From positions 1 to 47,426 of the forward strand of contig CANNJG010000001.1 of NCBI GenBank assembly GCA_947504795.1: DNA of 47,426 nucleotides. The letters are read 5' to 3'. The stretch is from Legionellaceae bacterium (GTDB lineage Bacteria > Pseudomonadota > Gammaproteobacteria > Legionellales > Legionellaceae). The notes beneath the pieces were generated by a model. It was not told the origin of the DNA. It did not search any database and was given only the letters and a program-made list of their open reading frames with translations. The translations under genes and the position numbers were made by a program. How positions within the stretch are numbered: position 1 is the stretch's first letter; each line of letters opens with the position of its first letter. Positions 10,346-18,529 of this stretch are shown piece after piece.

Positions 10346-11440
10346 GTGACTAGACCCACGACGATAACGATTGATACCCAAGCATTGATTCATAATATTG
10401 CTTGTGTCAAGCGCTATGCCCCTGATCAGCTGATCATTGCGATGGTGAAAGCAAATGCTTATGGATGCGGTGTGGCGGTAGTTGCGCCTATTTTAGAACC
10501 GTTTGTCGCGTATTTTGGAGTGGCGTGTCTTGAAGAGGCTCGACTTTTACGTCAATTTTGTCCAGATAAACCCTGTATATTGCTGCAAGGTCTCTCCACG
10601 CCAGATGAATTGTCCGAAGCACTTGCCTTAGACTTAAGGCCGGTAATTCATGATAAGCAACAGTTAGAATGGATAACGACAAAGCCATTGGCGAGGTCTA
10701 TTAAAGTATGGGTGAAAGTCGATACGGGTATGCACCGCCTAGGATTTACACCAGAAATTATTCCAGTTGTCACCCAAACGCTAATTGATTGTCCTTGGAT
10801 TGATAACGACATGGGATTGATGACGCATTTAGCCTGTGCTGAGGAAATGGATCATCCTTTGACCGCTCGTCAGTTAGCTGTTTGGCAACAGGTTGTTCAA
10901 AGCGTGGGCGAGCATTATGCCTCACAATCCGTTGCTAATTCTGCATCGATTATCGGGTTGCCACACGCACATGCAAGATGGGTGCGACCGGGTATTATGC
11001 TTTATGGGGCCTCTCCGTTTCCGGGTCAAACGGGTGTGGCACTGGGCTTAAGGCCCGTTATGCATTTTGAATCAGCATTGATGTCGATTCATCAATATGA
11101 AGAAGGAGAATGTATTGGTTATGGTGCAACATGGTGTTGTCCCAGACCTTCAATCATAGGCGTAGTTCCTGTAGGATATGGAGATGGATATCCGCGGCAT
11201 ATAACTGCCAATACACCTATCTGGATTAATGGATGTAACGTGCCGATTGTTGGGCGCATATCAATGGATATGATGACTATAGATATCACGGATTGTCCTG
11301 ATGTTAGGATAGGTGATCGCGTGGAATTGTGGGGCACCCATATTCCAATAGAAGTGGTCGCAAATCATGCAAACACAATTGCATATGAACTGCTGTGTCA
11401 AGTCACGCAACGTGTGATTAGACATTCTAAATTAAGGTGA
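10346..11440 (+). CDS. alr: Alanine racemase
   Basis: The PLP-lysine motif AMVKANAYGCG lies near the N-terminus, and the C-terminal part reads VPVGYGDGYPR...GRISMDM. The dnaB-alr adjacency is conserved in gammaproteobacteria. GTG start. Confidence 0.9.
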   Translation: MTRPTTITIDTQALIHNIACVKRYAPDQLIIAMVKANAYGCGVAVVAPILEPFVAYFGVACLEEARLLRQFCPDKPCILLQGLSTPDELSEALALDLRPVIHDKQQLEWITTKPLARSIKVWVKVDTGMHRLGFTPEIIPVVTQTLIDCPWIDNDMGLMTHLACAEEMDHPLTARQLAVWQQVVQSVGEHYASQSVANSASIIGLPHAHARWVRPGIMLYGASPFPGQTGVALGLRPVMHFESALMSIHQYEEGECIGYGATWCCPRPSIIGVVPVGYGDGYPRHITANTPIWINGCNVPIVGRISMDMMTIDITDCPDVRIGDRVELWGTHIPIEVVANHANTIAYELLCQVTQRVIRHSKLR

Positions 11441-11444
11441 TGAT

Positions 11445-11888
11445 ATGAAAAAGATAGTGATAGTATCGATGATGTTGGCACTGGTAGCCTGTGGTCCGAT
11501 TAACAATGAAGGGGTGGGTACACTAACAGGCGGTGTGATTGGTGGATTAGTTGGAAGTCAATTTGGGGGTGGCGCAGGTCAAGTGGCTGCCGCAGCAGGG
11601 GGCGCCTTGCTTGGGGCTTATTTGGGCGGTAATATTGGTAAATATATGGACCGTCAAGATAAAATTGAAATGCAGCATGCTTTGGAAACCGCTCCAGTAG
11701 GCCGTGCGGTTGCTTGGACGAATCCAGATAATGGCAATCAGTATAAAGTAAAACCAACGCGGACTTACTACAAGGAAGAACAGCCTTGCCGTGAATATAC
11801 CACAGAAGCCACGATTGGTGGGAAAAAAGAAAAGATCTATGGCAAAGCGTGTCGTCAATCAGACGGTTCTTGGAAAGTAGCCGGTTAA
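11445..11888 (+). CDS. Glycine-zipper outer-membrane lipoprotein, Rickettsia 17-kDa surface antigen family
   Basis: Lipobox LVAC followed by the Gly zipper GTLTGGVIGGLVGSQFGGGAGQ. The C-terminal ALETAPVGRAVAWTNPDNGNQYKVKPTRTY...PCREYT...GGKKEKIYGKACRQSDGSWKV closely parallels the Rickettsia 17-kDa antigen. Confidence 0.85.
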   Translation: MKKIVIVSMMLALVACGPINNEGVGTLTGGVIGGLVGSQFGGGAGQVAAAAGGALLGAYLGGNIGKYMDRQDKIEMQHALETAPVGRAVAWTNPDNGNQYKVKPTRTYYKEEQPCREYTTEATIGGKKEKIYGKACRQSDGSWKVAG

Positions 11889-11954
11889 GGATTGACTTAG
11901 GGCGTGTGGCCAGGAAACTAGAATGGTCAACACGCCCAAACAAGGAGGTCTAAA

Positions 11955-12707
11955 ATGAAAATATTAGTGACCGTTAAACGCGTTATTGATCCTTATGTCC
12001 GCGTCCGAATAAATGCCAATCGATCCGGTGTTGAACTGAAAAACGTCAAAATGTCGATGAATCCTTTCGATGAAATTGCTTTGGAAGAAGCCATTCGTTT
12101 GAAAGAAAAACAAATGGCCAAAGAAGTTATTATTGTCACGATTGGATCTGAGACGAGCCAAGAAACGTTACGTCATGGCTTGGCATTAGGTGCTGACAGG
12201 GGCATTTTAGTGAAAACAGAAGCGATTGAATGCAGCCTGAACCGTGCGCGGATTATCCAAGCAATTGTTCAGCAAGAATCGCCTGATGTAGTGATGATGG
12301 GTAAACAAGCCATTGACGACGATAATAACCAAACCCCACAAATGCTAGCCGGATTGCTTAACTGGCCACAATTGACGTTTACATCAAAATTAGAATTCAC
12401 CCCTCCTTTAGTGAGCGCAACCCGAGAAATTGATCAAGGATTAGAAGTCATCCAAACGCAGTTGCCGGCGGTGATCTCAGTGGATTTGCGTTTAAATCAG
12501 CCGCGTTATGCGAGTTTACCTAATATTATGAAAGCCAAACAAAAACCCTTGACCTTGATTGAGCTGTCCTCATTAGGACTGACCTTAACACCCCATCTCA
12601 AAGTGTTACACGTGCAGAGCCCGGCGGCGCGGCCAAGTGGTATGATAGTGGACTCCGTGCAGGCATTACTGGATAAATTACAGAACGAAGCGGGAGTGCT
12701 GCCATGA
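11955..12707 (+). CDS. etfB: Electron transfer flavoprotein beta subunit
   Basis: MKILVTVKRVIDPYVRVRI...MSMNPFDEIALEEA...GKQAIDDDNNQT is canonical EtfB. Confidence 0.9.
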   Translation: MKILVTVKRVIDPYVRVRINANRSGVELKNVKMSMNPFDEIALEEAIRLKEKQMAKEVIIVTIGSETSQETLRHGLALGADRGILVKTEAIECSLNRARIIQAIVQQESPDVVMMGKQAIDDDNNQTPQMLAGLLNWPQLTFTSKLEFTPPLVSATREIDQGLEVIQTQLPAVISVDLRLNQPRYASLPNIMKAKQKPLTLIELSSLGLTLTPHLKVLHVQSPAARPSGMIVDSVQALLDKLQNEAGVLP

Positions 12708-13657
12708 CCGTATATATAGTAGCTGAACATGATAATCAGCAGTTAGATTCCACTTTCCCTCATTTACTGGGTGCTGCCTTAGTCTTAGATAAGCAAGCGG
12801 TGGTTTTGGTGCTTGGGCACCAGTGTACTGCGGTGGCTACTCAGGCCGCTACTTTATCTGGCGTTGCATGTGTCCAGGTTGTCGATGATCTCGCATTTAA
12901 GCATGCTGTGGCCGAACAGTTTTGCCCTGTGGTGGCGAAACTAGCGGCTTCTTGTTCCCATTTATTAATGGCAGCAACCACTTTTGGAAAAAACACGTTG
13001 CCTCGAATTGCCGCTTTGCTGCAAGTAGGGCAAGTGAGTGATGTGATCAAAATTGTCAACGAGGATACCGTTGAGCATCCTATTTATGCAGGTAATGTGA
13101 TTGAAGCAGTTCAATTTTTAGATAAACAAAAAGTAATGAGCATTCGTCCGGCCGTATTTGCTGCAGTGAAGGATTTGCAAACCCCTTGTGAGATTAAAAT
13201 CCTAACAGTAACCCTTCCTTCTACCCACACCCAAGTGCTGCGTCGTGATGTGAGTCAGTCTGCGCGTCCTGAATTAGGCAATGCAAAAATTGTCGTATCG
13301 GGGGGGCGAGGATTACAATCAATGGCGCAATTTAAATTAATAGAATCCCTGGCAGATACTTTGGGCGCGGCACTCGGCGCTTCGCGAGCAGCAGTTGATG
13401 CTGGATTTATTTCAAATGATCATCAAGTTGGTCAAACGGGTAAAATAGTGGCGCCGAATTTGTATATTGCCGTCGGTATCTCGGGTGCAATACAACATAT
13501 CGCAGGAATTAAAGATGCGAAAGTAATTGTAGCGATTAATAAAGATGCCACTGCGCCAATTTTTCAGGTTGCTAACTATGGGTTGGTAGGGGATTTGTTT
13601 GAATTAGTTCCGCAGATGATTCTTGAATTAAAACAACGAGGACTCGATAAATGTTAA
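12704..13657 (+). CDS. etfA: Electron transfer flavoprotein alpha subunit
   Basis: The C-terminal FAD-binding region reads VVSGGRG...[12 protein letters not shown]...[25 protein letters not shown]. It overlaps the etfB stop by 4 nt (ATGA). Confidence 0.9.
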   Translation: MTVYIVAEHDNQQLDSTFPHLLGAALVLDKQAVVLVLGHQCTAVATQAATLSGVACVQVVDDLAFKHAVAEQFCPVVAKLAASCSHLLMAATTFGKNTLPRIAALLQVGQVSDVIKIVNEDTVEHPIYAGNVIEAVQFLDKQKVMSIRPAVFAAVKDLQTPCEIKILTVTLPSTHTQVLRRDVSQSARPELGNAKIVVSGGRGLQSMAQFKLIESLADTLGAALGASRAAVDAGFISNDHQVGQTGKIVAPNLYIAVGISGAIQHIAGIKDAKVIVAINKDATAPIFQVANYGLVGDLFELVPQMILELKQRGLDKC

Positions 13658-14772
13658 TTGGCGTGCCGAAGGAAATAAAGCCACAGGAAAATAGGGTAGG
13701 ATTAGTCCCAGCGTCAGTGCGCGAGCTGATTCGGGTAGGCGCTCAGGTAATGGTTGAACAGCATGCAGGTTTTGGTGTGGGAATTTCTGATGAAACCTAT
13801 CGTGAAGCCGGTGCTGAAATTGTCACGACTGCCGAGGAGGTGTATGCGCGAGCGACCTTAATTATTAAAGTGAAAGAACCGCAACCGCAGGAATGCCAGC
13901 GTATGCATGCGGGTCAAACGCTTTTTACATTTTTACATTTAGCGCCGGATGTGCAGCAAATTAAATTATTGCAAGCTTCCGGGGTCACGGCTATTGCCTA
14001 CGAAACCGTGACGCAAGCAGGTGGCGGTCTACCTTTATTGACACCCATGTCTGAAATTGCAGGCGCTTTGGCTATTCAAGCGGGTGCTCATTGTCTCGAG
14101 GCCAATCAGGGTGGGAGCGGTAAATTATTAGGTGGTGTGCCAGGCGTGGCACCAGGTCATGTGGTGATATTGGGTGGCGGAGCTGCGGGTACACAATCGA
14201 TCCGATGCGCCATTGGGTTAGGTGCGCGTGTCACTGTTTTGGATAATTCTGTCACGAGACTGCGTGAATTGGATAATCGGTTTCATACACGGTTACAAAC
14301 ATTATATGCGACGCACGAAGCAATCGATCGTGCGGTGGCCGACGCTGATTTGTTGATTGGTGCGGTGCTTATTCCAGGAGCGACGGCGCCTAAATTAGTC
14401 AGTCATGATGCGATACGTGCAATGCGAAAGGGGTCAGTCGTAGTGGATATTGCTATCGATCAAGGCGGATGTTTTGCTACCAGTCGCCCAACAACGCATC
14501 ATGCGCCAACATTTGTTGTGGATGGTGTTGTTCATTATTGCGTGACGAATATGCCCGGTGCGGTCCCACAAACGTCTACCTTGGCCTTAAATAATGCGTC
14601 CCTACCTTTTATCGTCAACATGGTAAAACTCGGAATTAAACAAACATTATTGGGTGACCCGTATTTATTAAACGGTTTGTCTATCCATGCAGGACGATTG
14701 ACGTATCCCACCGTAGCAGAAGCGGTTAATGGACCTTTTGTGCCGCCTCACGAAGCGCTCAATCTTGTATAG
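13651..14772 (+). CDS. ald: L-alanine dehydrogenase (NAD-dependent)
   Basis: Has the Ald N-terminus [20 protein letters not shown] and the Rossmann motif VILGGGAAGTQS. The 373-aa length is typical of Ald rather than PntA. Its ATG overlaps the etfA stop by 7 nt. Confidence 0.8.
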   Translation: MLIGVPKEIKPQENRVGLVPASVRELIRVGAQVMVEQHAGFGVGISDETYREAGAEIVTTAEEVYARATLIIKVKEPQPQECQRMHAGQTLFTFLHLAPDVQQIKLLQASGVTAIAYETVTQAGGGLPLLTPMSEIAGALAIQAGAHCLEANQGGSGKLLGGVPGVAPGHVVILGGGAAGTQSIRCAIGLGARVTVLDNSVTRLRELDNRFHTRLQTLYATHEAIDRAVADADLLIGAVLIPGATAPKLVSHDAIRAMRKGSVVVDIAIDQGGCFATSRPTTHHAPTFVVDGVVHYCVTNMPGAVPQTSTLALNNASLPFIVNMVKLGIKQTLLGDPYLLNGLSIHAGRLTYPTVAEAVNGPFVPPHEALNLV

Positions 14773-14829
14773 CTTTTATTAATTGCTTTGCGGCGCGCAC
14801 AGAGACGATAACGTTAATGAGGTGTTGAT

Positions 14830-15486
14830 ATGGATCTATTTAAAATACAAGTAGCGCATAAAGCGTTAGATTATCTAGACGGCCATAGCATCATTGGTGT
14901 CGGTACCGGGTCTACCGTGAATTGTTTTATTGAAGCCTTAGCGACACGCAAACATCAGATCGATGCGTGCGTTGCAAGTTCTAAAGCCACAGAACACCTT
15001 TTGCTCGCGCATGGGTTTAGTATTTTAGAATTACAAGTTGTTGATCAGCTCGATATTTATTTTGATGGGGCAGATGAAGTCAATGCACAGCATCAAATGA
15101 TTAAAGGTGGCGGTGGGGCATTGACGCGTGAAAAAATTTTGGCGTTTGCAGCTAAAGTATTTGTTTGCATGGTTGATCACAGTAAACGTGTGAACCAACT
15201 AGGACAGTTTCCAATTGCCGTGGAAGTATTGCCCATGGCTCGAAGTGTGGTTGCGCGTGCTTTGGTCTCGTTGGGCGGCGATCCGATTTATCGGCAAGGG
15301 ATGGTTACGGACAATGGTAATATTATCTTAGACACCTATCATTTGCCGATAGACTGTTTTGAAGCTCTCGAAGCTGAGATTAATGCGATTCCGGGTGTCT
15401 TGGATAATGGCTTGTTTATAAAGCAAAGAGCGGATATTGTTTTAATTGCGGGTCCTGCGGGCGTCGAGGTTCTAGATGAAAGGTAA
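14830..15486 (+). CDS. rpiA: Ribose-5-phosphate isomerase A
   Basis: Carries the RpiA motifs GVGTGSTV, FDGADEV and KGGGGALTREK. Confidence 0.9.
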   Translation: MDLFKIQVAHKALDYLDGHSIIGVGTGSTVNCFIEALATRKHQIDACVASSKATEHLLLAHGFSILELQVVDQLDIYFDGADEVNAQHQMIKGGGGALTREKILAFAAKVFVCMVDHSKRVNQLGQFPIAVEVLPMARSVVARALVSLGGDPIYRQGMVTDNGNIILDTYHLPIDCFEALEAEINAIPGVLDNGLFIKQRADIVLIAGPAGVEVLDER

Positions 15487-15489
15487 TTC

Positions 15490-15526
15490 GTGTATAATAC
15501 GGTTTTATTTTTGCCGTATTATACAC
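15490..15526. terminator. Bidirectional hairpin between convergent rpiA and the small secreted-protein gene
   Basis: A perfect 13-bp inverted repeat, GTGTATAATACGG (15490-15502) and CCGTATTATACAC (15514-15526), flanks a T-rich 11-nt loop. It starts 4 nt after the rpiA stop and ends about 20 nt before the stop of the convergent gene. Confidence 0.65.
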
Positions 15527-15546
15527 TGTCTGGATTTTCTTGCTTG

Positions 15547-15906
15547 TTAGTAAGCGTTTTTCTTTGATACGCTTTTATGGTGCATGTGTTTGTTATTATT
15601 TATGACATCCTTTGTGCCTTTTTCTATTGCGTGGAAACTATCAGTTGTCGCTTTGCTGATCCCTCTGGCAACGCCATCAATGGCCTTTCCTGCCTTGTTC
15701 AAAACGTTTTCTGCGCCTTCACCCACGTGTTTGGTTGCTTGTTCAGTGTCTGTAACCGTATCTCTTGCTATTTTACCTGTTTGATTAACTGTGCTCTGAA
15801 CCAAGCCATCATCTGAATGGTTCATGTTTGAGGCAAAGCTTTGTGTGTTAGCACAAATACAAGCCGCGCTCAGAAAAAAAGCAGATAAAGTCATAAATTG
15901 TTTCAT
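15547..15906 (-). CDS. Small secreted protein with 11-residue repeats (hypothetical)
   Basis: 119 aa. A signal peptide MKQFMTLSAFFLSAACICANTQSFA is followed by a K/G/A/T-rich region with 11-mer periodicity and a basic His/Lys tail. Confidence 0.6.
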   Translation of the reverse strand: MKQFMTLSAFFLSAACICANTQSFASNMNHSDDGLVQSTVNQTGKIARDTVTDTEQATKHVGEGAENVLNKAGKAIDGVARGISKATTDSFHAIEKGTKDVINNNKHMHHKSVSKKNAY

Positions 15907-16037
15907 TGGAGTCTCCTTGTCTTAATCTTGAAGGATAAATAAAAAAATAACACCCGTTCATACTAGTATAGCTTTGGATAATGATCAACTAGATTTAGAC
16001 ACAGTCCGGAGCCGTGATCGTGCTGAAGTCCTGTGAA

Positions 16038-16736
16038 TTATTCAACAGAACGCGTTAACCAAATCCCTGATTCATAAAGTATCCACAATGGGAGGGCTAA
16101 GATAATTTGTGATAGGACATCAGGCGGCGTTAATAGCATGCCCAGTGTAAAAGCACCAACAATCATGTAGGGTCTAAGGTTCAGCAGTTGCTGGCGTCGG
16201 ACGAGTTTGGTATGAACTAGGATGGCACATACTAGCGGAATTTGAAAACTGCTTCCAAATATTAGCATCATTTTCGTGATAAACTGCGTTGCTGCACTGA
16301 TGTCAGGCATAAAGGTAACGTCTTTAGGCACCGCATGGATAATCCAATGAAACATAAACGGCAATATCAGAAAGTAACAAAATAACAATCCAAAGATAAA
16401 TAAGCTGAGGGATATCACCATGACTTGGCCAAATCGCCTTTTTTCGTTTGGATATAGTCCCGGCGAAACGAAACGCCAAATCTGATATAAGCTGTAAGGC
16501 ATCACACATAACAAGGCAATATTAAACGCTATCGTAAGCGGCATGAAGAGCGGGCTAGTTATTTGTGTGGCGATCAGCGAGTGACGATTGGGTAAATGAT
16601 CTAACAATGGATAAAGATACCAATGACATAAAGGAGCGGCATACCAAAAGGCAAAGCCAAAAAAACCAAAAAACACGCATGCTATGTGCAGCATACGTTG
16701 GCGAAATTCCATAAGAAAAGTCAGATATTGATTCAT
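16038..16736 (-). CDS. tatC: Twin-arginine translocase subunit TatC
   Basis: 232 aa with 6 TM spans. [29 protein letters not shown] matches E. coli TatC [29 protein letters not shown]. No tatA or tatB gene lies adjacent. Confidence 0.9.
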   Translation of the reverse strand: [232 protein letters not shown]

Positions 16737-16948
16737 AACGATACATTAATAAAAAAACGAACTTAGACGGGTCAGAAAATATGAAAAAACACCTAGGTTT
16801 GGGGCTGGATATTTTATATTGTGTGCTATTATACCTCTGGGTTTGCAATTGTGGATAGCCTTTTTGTTAACCGTGTATTACTTTATCAGGCTAATGCCCA
16901 ATAAGCGCTTTAAAAGTTATTCAAATCTGTTTTTCAGGAATCTGTTTT

Positions 16949-18115
16949 ATGCATGAAGGTGTTTTTTATACCATTTTTCTAATTTTTGCTGGCGCTGCTG
17001 TATTGTCAACGGTGGTGCTTTACACCCGTCAATCCTTATTGGTGGCTTATATTATACTGGGTGCGGCATTAGGTCCCTGGGGATTGAAGTGGATAAATGA
17101 TTTAACGACTGTCAAGGATGTGGGTGATGTCGGCATCATTTTCTTGTTATTTTTATTGGGATTGCATTTACAACCACAAAATTTATTGCATATGTTAAAA
17201 AAAGTGACTTGGATTGCAATGTCCAGCTCATTTTTATTTGCCTTGATTGCGTATTTTATAGGATGTTGGTTTGGCTTAACCACACTCGAAAGCACGATTC
17301 TTGGTGCTGCGATGATGTTCTCGAGCACTATTATCGGACTGAAGTTATTACCCACCACCATTTTGCATCATCAACATACAGGGGAGGTCATGATTTCAAT
17401 TCTGTTGATGCAGGATATTATCGCTATCGTGGTCTTGATTATTTTCAGTGGGTCTCAAGATGGCCCTTTTAGCTGGCACGACTTGGTTTTAGTATTGGTT
17501 GCTTTGCCGATGTTAATGCTGTTTGCATTTGCGTTTGAACGATATATTTTAGTGAAATTATTGGCAAAATTTGATCGTACTCAAGAGTATGTGTTTTTGT
17601 TGTCTATCGGTTGGTGCTTGGGCATGTCTATGCTGGCTGAAGCAATAGGTTTGACACAAGATGTCGGTGCATTTGTAGGGGGCGTTGCTTTAGCGGCCAG
17701 TCCTATTTCGTTATTTATTGCGGAGAGTTTAAAACCTTTGCGTGATTTTTTTCTAGTGTTGTTTTTCTTCTCGGTTGGCGCGACATTTAATTTTGATTAC
17801 GCCTCTCAGGTCATGATACCAGCCTGTATACTTGCGCTATTAATGCTATTTATCAAACCGGCATGCTTTATTTTCCTTCTTAAGAAAACCGGGGAGAAAA
17901 AATCAGTGGCAAAAGAAGTAGGCATTCGGTTGGGACAAGCGAGCGAGTTTTCCTTATTGTTAGCGGCTATTGGCCTCAGTACTAAGGTCATTTCAGAAGT
18001 GGCGTCTAATCTGATTCAAGCAACGACGATTTTAACCTTTATTGTGTCTTCATACCTAGTTGTATTAAAATACCCTACACCGATGTCCTTATCAGATAAT
18101 TTGCGAAAAGATTAA
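16949..18115 (+). CDS. Monovalent cation:proton antiporter, CPA2 family (Kef-like membrane domain only)
   Basis: 388-aa polytopic protein. GAALGPWGLKWI...VGDVGIIFLLFLLGLHLQP...LLMQDIIAIVVL parallels the KefB/KefC transmembrane domain. No C-terminal RCK/KTN domain is present. Confidence 0.8.
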   Translation: MHEGVFYTIFLIFAGAAVLSTVVLYTRQSLLVAYIILGAALGPWGLKWINDLTTVKDVGDVGIIFLLFLLGLHLQPQNLLHMLKKVTWIAMSSSFLFALIAYFIGCWFGLTTLESTILGAAMMFSSTIIGLKLLPTTILHHQHTGEVMISILLMQDIIAIVVLIIFSGSQDGPFSWHDLVLVLVALPMLMLFAFAFERYILVKLLAKFDRTQEYVFLLSIGWCLGMSMLAEAIGLTQDVGAFVGGVALAASPISLFIAESLKPLRDFFLVLFFFSVGATFNFDYASQVMIPACILALLMLFIKPACFIFLLKKTGEKKSVAKEVGIRLGQASEFSLLLAAIGLSTKVISEVASNLIQATTILTFIVSSYLVVLKYPTPMSLSDNLRKD

Positions 18116-18507
18116 TGACACACTACTTACCTCACATAAGCCGGTTAGGAATAACGTTGAGTTTCTTATCATTGAGTGCCTGCGCTTTTTATCAGCACGC
18201 TCATGACCGGATAATTGCGAGGCAAGTCTGTTATACAGGCTGTCAAACCCAACGAGTTCAATGTGATCATCAGTGCGACCAAAATGCAGCATTATGTAAC
18301 GCAAAGGCCGATGCCATAGCCGCGGTTCACTTTAATCACTATAAACGGCAACAATCTGTTAAAGGTGACGGCCTCACTGAGGAATTAAAATCGTTTCGAG
18401 ACCCGTTGGCTTGTACAAAAACGACTTGTGAATGTGTGCAGGATTATGATGTGTGCAGGCAGTCGTGTCAGGGTAGTATTTATAAACGATTACAAGTGAC
18501 GCAATGA
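18115..18507 (+). CDS. Cys-rich lipoprotein (hypothetical)
   Basis: 130 aa. The lipobox is LSLSAC, with 11 further Cys residues downstream of the lipobox Cys in CxxxC-type spacings (CYTGCQTQRVQCDHQC, CTKTTCECVQDYDVCRQSC). Its ATG overlaps the antiporter stop (TAATG). Confidence 0.6.
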   Translation: MTHYLPHISRLGITLSFLSLSACAFYQHAHDRIIARQVCYTGCQTQRVQCDHQCDQNAALCNAKADAIAAVHFNHYKRQQSVKGDGLTEELKSFRDPLACTKTTCECVQDYDVCRQSCQGSIYKRLQVTQ

Positions 18508-18529
18508 TAATGATTGATGGGGGTTATTC

